56,043 bases of DNA from Dehalococcoidia bacterium. Lineage in GTDB: Bacteria; Chloroflexota; Dehalococcoidia; Dehalococcoidales; BS750m-G39. The stretch is taken from positions 1 to 56,043 of the forward strand of contig JAUWIX010000004.1 in the NCBI GenBank assembly GCA_030608005.1, given 5' to 3'. The position numbers were made by a program, and so were the translations under genes. Positions 18,251 through 26,160 of this stretch are shown here, one piece after another. The notes beneath the pieces are model-generated. The model saw nothing but the letters and a program-made list of their open reading frames with translations. It was not told where the DNA came from and did not search any database. Position 1 is the stretch's first letter, and every line of letters begins with the position of its first letter.

Positions 18251-19095
18251 AGTCCTATCCTATCCGCAAATTCCTTTGCGAAACTATGGAACTTTTGAGC
18301 TTGATCCCATCTAGAGTAAGATGTTCTAAATATTGGTTTACCCTCACGTGCTCCTTTGGGATATGACCTAGAATAGCTGACTTCCGCCTTAAACACATAC
18401 CATCCATGCTTTTTCGCCTCAGCCTTAACCTCTGCTTTGGATGTTGCCTCCTCAGGCACATATTGAGTGGTAGAATTAAAAACTATTCCGGCAAGTTCCA
18501 AGTTGTGGTCTTCATGATGCGCATGGAATTCAGCCATTGAGCGAACAAGTAATGGCAAGCCTATAGTAGATAAGTATTCTGGCTTAACAGGGACGAGTAT
18601 ATAATCACTCGTTAGATAGGCAGCCATCGTTAGAAACGACTCAGTAGGAGCGCAGTCAAGAAGGATGAGGTCATACTGGTCATCAATCTTTGACACGAAT
18701 TTAGCAAGTAACCCTTCCTTCTGGCCTGGGTTCATCAACGAGTAAGCTAGTTCCAGGCGTGAAGGTATTAGGTCAATGCGACTTCCGTCACGAAATGTTA
18801 CAACATTGTTTATCACATTAGCGAGGTCTAGTGCTTTTAGCCCCTTACTGTCTGGAGTTCGTGTGAGCTGTTCGAAAATATCCCAAACCGTTGGTCTCCC
18901 TTCGTCAAGAATTTGCTTTACCTTTGCTTGCCCTACAAGATACTGAGTCGCATTGAATTGAGGATCTAGATCGATTACCAGTACCTTTTTCGACCAATTA
19001 GGCATTGCAGTGAATTGCCACGCCAGATTAACGGCAAGTGTTGATTTCCCGACACCGCCTTTCATATTTATGAGCGAGACCTTCTTCGCCATCAT
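18247..19095 (-). CDS. ParA/Soj family ATPase
   Basis: Deviant Walker A KGGVGKST, DLDPQ, Walker B LLDCAP. Confidence 0.93.
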   Translation of the reverse strand: MMAKKVSLINMKGGVGKSTLAVNLAWQFTAMPNWSKKVLVIDLDPQFNATQYLVGQAKVKQILDEGRPTVWDIFEQLTRTPDSKGLKALDLANVINNVVTFRDGSRIDLIPSRLELAYSLMNPGQKEGLLAKFVSKIDDQYDLILLDCAPTESFLTMAAYLTSDYILVPVKPEYLSTIGLPLLVRSMAEFHAHHEDHNLELAGIVFNSTTQYVPEEATSKAEVKAEAKKHGWYVFKAEVSYSRSYPKGAREGKPIFRTSYSRWDQAQKFHSFAKEFADRIGL

Positions 19096-19118
19096 TAACC
19101 CCCTTTGAATACCCTATC

Positions 19119-19161
19119 CTAGACTTTCCATAAGTCTAGTCAATATCCCTTTTACTGTCAA
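19119..19161 (-). promoter_or_regulatory. ParA cassette promoter with overlapping palindromic operator
   Basis: TTGACA-N17-TAGACT; perfect inverted repeat CTAGACTT-N5-AAGTCTAG (19119-19139) overlaps the -10. Confidence 0.65.
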
Positions 19162-19245
19162 ATTATTCAGACGTTTGGTTAAACAAATAATCGACTCTAC
19201 GCTTTACGCTCTTCCCTTTATAAAGGACATATTCCTATAATAAAC

Positions 19246-20235
19246 TCACCCCAGCTTACCAGCCTCTTCTCTAACCAGGCGCCTTATTCTCTTATGAACC
19301 TCAATAACATCGTTTATATCTTTTCTGCCCGATAGCCAGTGAAAATAGCCCCCATCCCCTTTACCCCCCCATTTCTCTTTGTATTTCACTATTTTCTCCA
19401 CCCCCCCTCGATGACCTTTCTGCCACGCAGTTAATACCTCTGTCAGGTCACTGATGAGTGTAGAGGCTAAGCCCATAGTTGAATAGGGCAGGGCATACTC
19501 ATTAGCATTAAAGGCAATGGCTACCCCCCCCGCCTCCTCCACTGCCTGAAGCATCCTGAAATCGGTAATGCTATCTCCTACCACCACCCACTTAGATAAA
19601 GGCTGGTCATAGGCATTAGCAAATCTGGTTAAAGCGGCTACTTTACGCCGTCCCCCCATTGGCTTCACCTCTTTTATTGCCGCCCCCAGGTCGGTAGCCG
19701 GCAGTTTCTCCCAGAAGAAGTTATCCAGGCTTTGCTTAATTCGGTCATCATCAGCAACTGGGCGCATGGTCAGCATATCTTCCTCGGCCTGCTGTAGTAG
19801 TTGGGAGTCTTCTTGACATAAAGTTGCTCGGAACTTATTCAGGGGGAAGGGGGTGCAAGCAACATTATGGGCGTAAATACCTAATTTTTGGGTAATATGA
19901 ATGGCATATTGTTCGTAAGTGGTGGTGATACAAAATACTTTCCAGCCATTATACTGAAGCCAGGACACAAGCTTGGTTGCACCACCGATTAAGCCGGCTT
20001 CGGCAGCTAGAGTGGCGATGTTAGCCTCTGAAATATTATGGAGGATGAGGAAAGGCACTATAAGAGCTAGAGTATCCCCCGGCTCATAGTCTTCCCTTTC
20101 CTCCAGCGTCAGCAGGTCATCGTAGCGACTGATAACCTCAAAAATCCTATCGCCGTTGGGGAAAAGCTTCATTAACTCATAGGCATTATCCTGAGGTGAT
20201 AGTGGTCCTTCAAGGTCAAAACAGATAAAGTTCAT
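19246..20235 (-). CDS. HAD-like hydrolase of the mainly archaeal COG4030 (EhaR/AF1437-like) family
   Basis: FDLEGP (motif I variant), SRYDDLL, YEPGDTL.LIVPFL, VGDSITD (motif IV), AFNANEYAL; family assignment is from memory. Confidence 0.75.
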   Translation of the reverse strand: MNFICFDLEGPLSPQDNAYELMKLFPNGDRIFEVISRYDDLLTLEEREDYEPGDTLALIVPFLILHNISEANIATLAAEAGLIGGATKLVSWLQYNGWKVFCITTTYEQYAIHITQKLGIYAHNVACTPFPLNKFRATLCQEDSQLLQQAEEDMLTMRPVADDDRIKQSLDNFFWEKLPATDLGAAIKEVKPMGGRRKVAALTRFANAYDQPLSKWVVVGDSITDFRMLQAVEEAGGVAIAFNANEYALPYSTMGLASTLISDLTEVLTAWQKGHRGGVEKIVKYKEKWGGKGDGGYFHWLSGRKDINDVIEVHKRIRRLVREEAGKLG

Positions 20236-21058
20236 TTTTGTAAGCCCCTTTTAATTGTTCATCAATCTCGTCGGTCAGATTATACCCGCTAATAGGTTTT
20301 CCCTCGGCGTCAACCACTTTACCTGCCATAATCTTAACTTTGCCCTGGCTAAACGCCTTAATGGTAGCTATTATTAGCGGAAATTCTCTAGCCAATCCAT
20401 GTTTGCGGATGAGCTTGAACAGGCGGTTATTTTCGCCCTGCCTCTTTTTAATCTCTTCAAGAGGATGCCCCTCTATCTCCTGCCAATATCGGTCAAATGG
20501 GTTGCCTCTAATGGGGAAGGTGCAGTAGGTCGCCGGCGGTCCCTTGTCCAGCTCAGGGGTTACCAGGTGCATCATTACCCCTGTTTCCTCAGCCTGGTTA
20601 TCAATCAGTTGCCAGATTACCTCCTGCCAGGTTCCTTTAGGTCCGCGCGGAGCCGCCGGGTGAAGGTTAATCATATTGTATCTGTGGCACATCTCCTTGC
20701 CGACGATAAGCATGTAGCCAGCCAGGACGCACAGGTCAGCATGAAAGCCTCGTAGCCGATTCATCACCTCTCGGTCATAGTCAAGCCGCCATGTGGGCAA
20801 ACTCTCCCCTAGGTCTATAATAGGAATGCCTCTGTCGGCTTTAAACCTTCGGTAGGAAAAGCAGACGAGAGGCATGCCATAACTCTCAACCAGTTTGAGG
20901 AATAAATCGCTCTCTTGTGATTCACCAGACTCACGATTGTAGAAAACAAAGGCTATCTCAGCCTCAATCTCGCCCAGCGCGATGCCCCTCTGAACCACTG
21001 TCAGCAAATCCCTGGCTGCTTTATCCCTGCCTGTAGAAAACCAGCCAATTTTATACAT
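20216..21058 (-). CDS. Divergent PurN-like formyltransferase
   Basis: DLCVLAGYMLI, INLHP, GVMMHLVTPELDKGP keep the formyltransferase catalytic N/H/D. Confidence 0.8.
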   Translation of the reverse strand: MYKIGWFSTGRDKAARDLLTVVQRGIALGEIEAEIAFVFYNRESGESQESDLFLKLVESYGMPLVCFSYRRFKADRGIPIIDLGESLPTWRLDYDREVMNRLRGFHADLCVLAGYMLIVGKEMCHRYNMINLHPAAPRGPKGTWQEVIWQLIDNQAEETGVMMHLVTPELDKGPPATYCTFPIRGNPFDRYWQEIEGHPLEEIKKRQGENNRLFKLIRKHGLAREFPLIIATIKAFSQGKVKIMAGKVVDAEGKPISGYNLTDEIDEQLKGAYKNELYLF

Positions 21059-21061
21059 GGC

Positions 21062-21715
21062 TCACCGTTTATTAAGATTACTTTTTAGCCTTGCCCAGAC
21101 ACTAGCAAAATGAATGAAAGGGTTTGTCCTATGTCCCGAAATCTTGCCCTTTTCCAGAGCCTGGAGGAAGTCATCCTTGCCATTGAATTCAGGCATCTCA
21201 ACATAGGCGTTGCCTATCTCATGAGGGGTATGGGCATCACTGCCAGCACCTTTGGCGATACCATACTTCAAGGCAAAAGCTAGAGCTTTAGCCGAAGTCT
21301 GGAGGAGAAGATTTCGTGAATTGAATACTTCTATAATATCAATTTGTTCTGCTATTTCCTCCATTATGTTGCTACGTAATGCAGATTGGCGGAATATATC
21401 AAAAGGGTGTGGTATGCATACCAGGGCACCCTGAGCCCTGATCCGAGATATTGTCTGTTCCACAGATAGTCGGCTGGGTATGGTCTCTTCAAGGAACATG
21501 CCTATAATTTCGCCATGTGAGGTTAAGATTTCCTCAGCTACAATTACCGGAAAAGGCGATATCTCCCGCATCCTTAATGCTCCCTCAGCGGTACCATGGT
21601 CACAGATAGCAATGCAGTTTATCCCAACCTCAAGGCAACGACTGACTATCTTTTCTAAAGGTGTATTGCAATCCATGGAATATTTAGTATGAATGTGGAG
21701 GTCAGCTTTTAACAA
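21062..21715 (-). CDS. PHP domain metal-dependent phosphoesterase
   Basis: ADLHIHT.YS.D, ICDH, PHPF, GSDAH. Confidence 0.92.
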   Translation of the reverse strand: MLKADLHIHTKYSMDCNTPLEKIVSRCLEVGINCIAICDHGTAEGALRMREISPFPVIVAEEILTSHGEIIGMFLEETIPSRLSVEQTISRIRAQGALVCIPHPFDIFRQSALRSNIMEEIAEQIDIIEVFNSRNLLLQTSAKALAFALKYGIAKGAGSDAHTPHEIGNAYVEMPEFNGKDDFLQALEKGKISGHRTNPFIHFASVWARLKSNLNKR

Positions 21716-21721
21716 TTCAGC

Positions 21722-22282
21722 TCAACTAACCCTCTCTAGATATTCGCCAGTGCGAGTATCAACCTTAATAACATCCCCGTTGTTAATAAACAGAGGAACC
21801 TGGATGGTAATGCCGGTCTCCAGCTTGGCAGGTTTATTGCCGGCTGTGGCTGTATCCCTTTTAAAACCAGGTCCGGTATCAATCACCTGAAGCTCGACAG
21901 CAGTGGGCAGCTCCACACCTACCAGCTCGCCCTTATAGCTCGATACCTCCAGCGACATGCCCTCTTTTAAGTAGTTGAGGGTGTCACCTAGCTGACTGGC
22001 AGCGATGGGCATCTGCTCAAAGTTTTCCTCGTCCATAAAGTAGTGTAAGTCGCCATCGTTATAGAGGTATTGCATGGTGCGATAGTCTAGGCGTGCCCGG
22101 CTAAACCTTTCGCTAGCCTGAAAGGTTCGCTCAATAGTGTGACCGCCGCGGATATCACGGAGCTTAAGACGAACTACAGCGCTACCACGCCCTATCTTAA
22201 TATGCTGATAATCCAGAACTTGATACAGCTTTTCCTCCAGCTCAATGGTAATCCCTTTCCTTAGCTCACCGCTATCTATCAT
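21722..22282 (-). CDS. efp: Elongation factor P
   Basis: LRKG, HIKIGRGSAVVR, QYLY.DG, KPAKLETG, VPLFI, VDTRTGEY. Confidence 0.96.
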   Translation of the reverse strand: MIDSGELRKGITIELEEKLYQVLDYQHIKIGRGSAVVRLKLRDIRGGHTIERTFQASERFSRARLDYRTMQYLYNDGDLHYFMDEENFEQMPIAASQLGDTLNYLKEGMSLEVSSYKGELVGVELPTAVELQVIDTGPGFKRDTATAGNKPAKLETGITIQVPLFINNGDVIKVDTRTGEYLERVS

Positions 22283-22299
22283 GAAAAACTCCAAATTGT

Positions 22300-23376
22300 T
22301 TATTTTTTGGCTTTTGAAATTTCCCTGACTTTCCCATTTTCTATCACTACCAAATCCTCAACCCTCACCCCTCCCCACCCGGCAAGATAAATGCCAGGCT
22401 CAATGGTAAATACCATACCATCAACAAGGTGTTCTAACGAATTTGGACCAAGGCGTGGCTGCTCATGGGGGGCTAGCCCTACACCGTGACCTAAGCCATG
22501 ACCAAAGGCTTCACCATAGCCCGCCTGTTCAATAATTATCCTGGCTACCTCGTCAGCCTCGCCACCGCTCATTCCCTCCCTAATTATAGCCATTACCGCT
22601 AGCTGGGCTCCAAGAACGATATCATATACCTTATTGAAGGTATCGTCAGGAGTGCCAAGGCAGATAGTTCGGCTCAAGTCACTGCAATAACCTCCAACTC
22701 TGGCTCCAACATCAATTATTATCGGCTCACTAGAGTGGATAGCACGCGCCGAAGGTTTGGCGTGGGGCAGGGCAGAATTTGGTCCTGAGGCAACAATAAC
22801 ATCAAAGGGTATAGTCTCGCTGCCCCTTTCTCGTAAGAATTTCTCTATCTCCCAGGCTACTTCTCTCTCCCTCATGCCAATGTGAATCTTGTCCTGGATA
22901 TATTCAATAGCAGCATCGGTTATTTCTGCCGCTTTGATGATAAACTCGATTTCCTCAGGCTCCTTAATTGCCCTGAGGGATTCTACCATTCTATCTACCG
23001 GGATAAGCTTGAGCTTGGATTCGCCTTTATTCAGTATATCACATAACTGCCGATGCATGGCGAAGGTGATATGTTCAGCCTCAAATCCCAGCCTTTTTAT
23101 GTCTAACTCAGCTACCAGTCTGGGAAACCAGCCGCCTAAATCACCAGTTACTCGAAAAATCTCATAATCAGGGGCTTGTCTCTTGGCTTGCTCTATATAG
23201 CGAAAGTCAGTGGCTAAAATTGTGTTTTGGGCTGTAATCAGCAGAAAACCGGAAGAGCCATCAAAGCCAGAAAGGTAGCACCTATTCTCCGCTTGGGAGA
23301 TGAAGATGCTGTCAATCTCCTTTTCGCTTAGCCCTTGGCGCAACTTTTGTATTCTATTGCCTATTTTCAGATTCAT
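22300..23376 (-). CDS. Xaa-Pro aminopeptidase (M24)
   Basis: TDFRY, SALPH, GYCSDLSRT, FGHGLGHGVG, TIEPGIY, GVRVED. Confidence 0.95.
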   Translation of the reverse strand: MNLKIGNRIQKLRQGLSEKEIDSIFISQAENRCYLSGFDGSSGFLLITAQNTILATDFRYIEQAKRQAPDYEIFRVTGDLGGWFPRLVAELDIKRLGFEAEHITFAMHRQLCDILNKGESKLKLIPVDRMVESLRAIKEPEEIEFIIKAAEITDAAIEYIQDKIHIGMREREVAWEIEKFLRERGSETIPFDVIVASGPNSALPHAKPSARAIHSSEPIIIDVGARVGGYCSDLSRTICLGTPDDTFNKVYDIVLGAQLAVMAIIREGMSGGEADEVARIIIEQAGYGEAFGHGLGHGVGLAPHEQPRLGPNSLEHLVDGMVFTIEPGIYLAGWGGVRVEDLVVIENGKVREISKAKK

Positions 23377-24274
23377 CGTCTTTCTCCCGTGCTATTGGGT
23401 GAGCTGATAGGTATACCTTTCTCGCCTGACTTTTGGTTACATGGGTGTAAATCTGGGTGGAGGATAGCCTGGCATGACCCAGAAGCTCCTGGACCACCCT
23501 TAAATCAGCCCCTCCGTCAAGTAAGTGGGTGGCGAAGGTATGACGCAGCATGTGGGGATGAACCCTCTTATTTAGCCCAGCTCTTTTAGCATATTCCTGC
23601 AATATTCTTTGTACCCTTCGTTCCATAAGGCGCTGCCCATAGCGATTGAGGAACAGGGCATTACTTCTTTTTTCTGCCAAGAGTTTAGGTCTGCCCTGGC
23701 TGAGGTAATGGCGCAGTGCCTCGGCGGCTGGCTCGCCCATTAGCACCACCCTCTCCTTGGAGCCCTTTCCCCAGACACGGATTTCATTGGTATCAAGATT
23801 GATTTGCCCCAGATTTAGGCTTACCAGCTCGCTTACCCTCAGACCGGAGGCATAGAGTAGCTCTATCAAAGCTCGGTCACGCTGCCCCTGGGGTGTGGAT
23901 AAATCAGGGGCTTTCAGCAGTCGCTCTACCTCCTCTATGGTGAGAAAGGAGGGCAAGCGCTTGTCCAGCTTGGGTGAAGAGGTAGTGACTACCGGGCTGG
24001 CGGACACCACTCCCTCCCGTAGTAAGTAGCGGTAGAAGGAGCGGATAGCCGACAGCTTACGGGCAATGCTTGCCTTAACAAAACCCTGCTCCATAAGATA
24101 GGATAAGTAATCGCGCAAGGTATGTCTATCTACTTCCTTTAGCGAACCAATACCTTTGGTTCTAAGGAACTGAAAAAAGCCCAATAAATCAGTCTTATAG
24201 TTGCGCACAGTGTAGTGTGAAGCATTCCGCTCCACCTCAAGGTAATTTATGTATTTATTAAAAATTTCTTGCAT
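23354..24274 (-). CDS. xerC: Tyrosine recombinase XerC/XerD family
   Basis: LYASGLRVSEL, GKGSKER, HPHMLRHTFATH, LLGH..LSSTQIYT; dprA-topA-xerC context. Confidence 0.92.
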   Translation of the reverse strand: MQEIFNKYINYLEVERNASHYTVRNYKTDLLGFFQFLRTKGIGSLKEVDRHTLRDYLSYLMEQGFVKASIARKLSAIRSFYRYLLREGVVSASPVVTTSSPKLDKRLPSFLTIEEVERLLKAPDLSTPQGQRDRALIELLYASGLRVSELVSLNLGQINLDTNEIRVWGKGSKERVVLMGEPAAEALRHYLSQGRPKLLAEKRSNALFLNRYGQRLMERRVQRILQEYAKRAGLNKRVHPHMLRHTFATHLLDGGADLRVVQELLGHARLSSTQIYTHVTKSQARKVYLSAHPIAREKDDESENRQ

Positions 24275-24278
24275 AGAA

Positions 24279-25250
24279 TTATCCCACGCCCAGACGACAT
24301 TGGAAAACTATATGTTCGCCATTCCGCTTGTGATGAATGGAGAGCACCTTAAGGTCACTAGTCTCTGAACGTAATTTCTCCTTAAGCTGCTTTGTGGAAG
24401 GGCTTGCTTGTAGAATAAGATTAAAACTACTATCTGAAATTTCAGGATAAAAGGTGCTGTGGGGATTTCCTTCGGGATGCACCTCTGCCATAATCCTTAG
24501 ACGTGGTCGTACCGAAGCTCCTTCTATAATCTGAGACGCTGCTATTATAGTTTGATCTGTAATATGGGAGAGAGCTTCTTCAACTTGTTTAAGAGTTTCT
24601 GGGGGTATCGTTATTGCCTTTCTTTGTAAATGACCTCTTAGAACATTTAAAAACATTTGGTTAATAAGATGCTCTTTTGGCATCGTCTCGAAGAAAGAAC
24701 CATCAATTATAGAAACCTTTACTCTCTCATCATTCTTATAAGTTCTTACCAGATAAAATGCTCTTCTTTGATAAGCATAATAACTTTCAGTCTTAGCGAG
24801 TTCGCCATCTTTGATAGCGGCTATTCTCGAAACAAGGTTAGTGCCATTAATTACATCTATCTCCTCAAGGCTTTTATATTTAGTGGGAAGTGTTGAGTTA
24901 AAGGAGGCTATGCTTCCACTTTTTGAATCCTTTAACTCTAGCAAGCTTCCGCAGGTTAGTTTGTTCTCATAATTTATTGCCTTGAATAAAAAATCAGGGA
25001 ATTGTTCTGATTTTGAGTATAAAAGTCTTTCGTCTATTCCCTGGCTCTTAAGCCAGCTTTTATTTAGGTTGCTCCAGAAGTCGTGCTTATATTTTTGATA
25101 TGTGTCCCTTCGATTATCAATATAAGCCAGATTATTTCTACTTGCCTCTAAGACCATCTTCTCCAAAGGGGAGTGAAGAGTAAGCATTTTCTTCCTTAAA
25201 CTATTCGTTACTCCAATGAAAAGCTCTGTAATATCGGCAAATTCATACAT
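24279..25250 (-). CDS. Putative Type II restriction endonuclease (PD-(D/E)xK)
   Basis: FPDF...LLELKDS motif; overlaps the adjacent DNA methyltransferase; AT-rich; start uncertain (25250 or 25271). Confidence 0.6.
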   Translation of the reverse strand: MYEFADITELFIGVTNSLRKKMLTLHSPLEKMVLEASRNNLAYIDNRRDTYQKYKHDFWSNLNKSWLKSQGIDERLLYSKSEQFPDFLFKAINYENKLTCGSLLELKDSKSGSIASFNSTLPTKYKSLEEIDVINGTNLVSRIAAIKDGELAKTESYYAYQRRAFYLVRTYKNDERVKVSIIDGSFFETMPKEHLINQMFLNVLRGHLQRKAITIPPETLKQVEEALSHITDQTIIAASQIIEGASVRPRLRIMAEVHPEGNPHSTFYPEISDSSFNLILQASPSTKQLKEKLRSETSDLKVLSIHHKRNGEHIVFQCRLGVG

Positions 25251-26160
25251 CAAAAAGCCTCCCTTGCTCACTAATAGTTGCTTCCTCGACCGGCCAAATT
25301 TCTTTCAAATTTGGCGTGAAGCTATAGTAAGTGTAATAATGAAGAACACTATCGGCAGGTCTCAGCGATTTTAAACGCATTTTACTGATTCTGACATGCT
25401 CAGGGTCTATTTCTATGCCTATGGAGTTTCTCATTAATTGATGAGCAACAATCAAAGTAGTTCCTGTTCCAGCAAGGGGGTCAAAAACTGTATCTCCGGA
25501 TAGGGTAGAGGATAAAATTATCCTTAAAAGTAAAGCAACAGGTGATTGCTGTGTATGAACCCTGTTTCCCTTGCTATCTCTTAGTGCTTCGTCTCCTGCA
25601 AAATACCCTGATGTCAATTCTCTGATATCATCCCATATATCTGTAACATAAACTCCGTTAGTTCTTTCATACTTATACTCCGGCAAGAGTGGTAGGTCTA
25701 TGCGCAATTTATTAAATACTCTTGGCTTATATCCTTTAGTGGCATAAGCTATAATTTGATGTTGTTTAGAGAATCTAAATTCACTTGGAACTGCAGAGGT
25801 TTTCTTCTTCCAAATAATCAAATTCTGAAATGTCCAGCCTGTTTCCCTGAGCAGCTTTAATACTTGTTCAGCGTTCTTCTCTCTTTGCATGAAATAAATA
25901 GCTCCTCCCTCCACCGTCGCCTTGTAAACTTCTGACAAAATCTGTACTAACCAAGCCCAGTATGTATCATCAGACTGGTTATCATCAAAGAACCTGTATT
26001 CCTTACCTTGCCTATAAGGGGGGTCAAGAAAAGTAAGGTGAATATCGCTTATAGAGCCTTTGCTGAAGTATTCAAGGCAATCTCCCTCTAGCACTTGGCT
26101 ATATGTAGTTGTCCTACTTATTGTCATCTTTTGCTCTACCCTTAACTTACTTCCATTCAC
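25243..26160 (-). CDS. Site-specific DNA methyltransferase (N4-C/N6-A, beta class)
   Basis: Motif IV DPPY precedes motif I FDPLAGTGTT; GIEID. Confidence 0.93.
   Translation of the reverse strand: MNGSKLRVEQKMTISRTTTYSQVLEGDCLEYFSKGSISDIHLTFLDPPYRQGKEYRFFDDNQSDDTYWAWLVQILSEVYKATVEGGAIYFMQREKNAEQVLKLLRETGWTFQNLIIWKKKTSAVPSEFRFSKQHQIIAYATKGYKPRVFNKLRIDLPLLPEYKYERTNGVYVTDIWDDIRELTSGYFAGDEALRDSKGNRVHTQQSPVALLLRIILSSTLSGDTVFDPLAGTGTTLIVAHQLMRNSIGIEIDPEHVRISKMRLKSLRPADSVLHYYTYYSFTPNLKEIWPVEEATISEQGRLFDV

Noticed and set aside
23354-24274. xerC as the integrase of a mobile island carrying the R-M genes
   Set aside because: It sits in the standard dprA-topA-xerC housekeeping context and no att repeats are evident.
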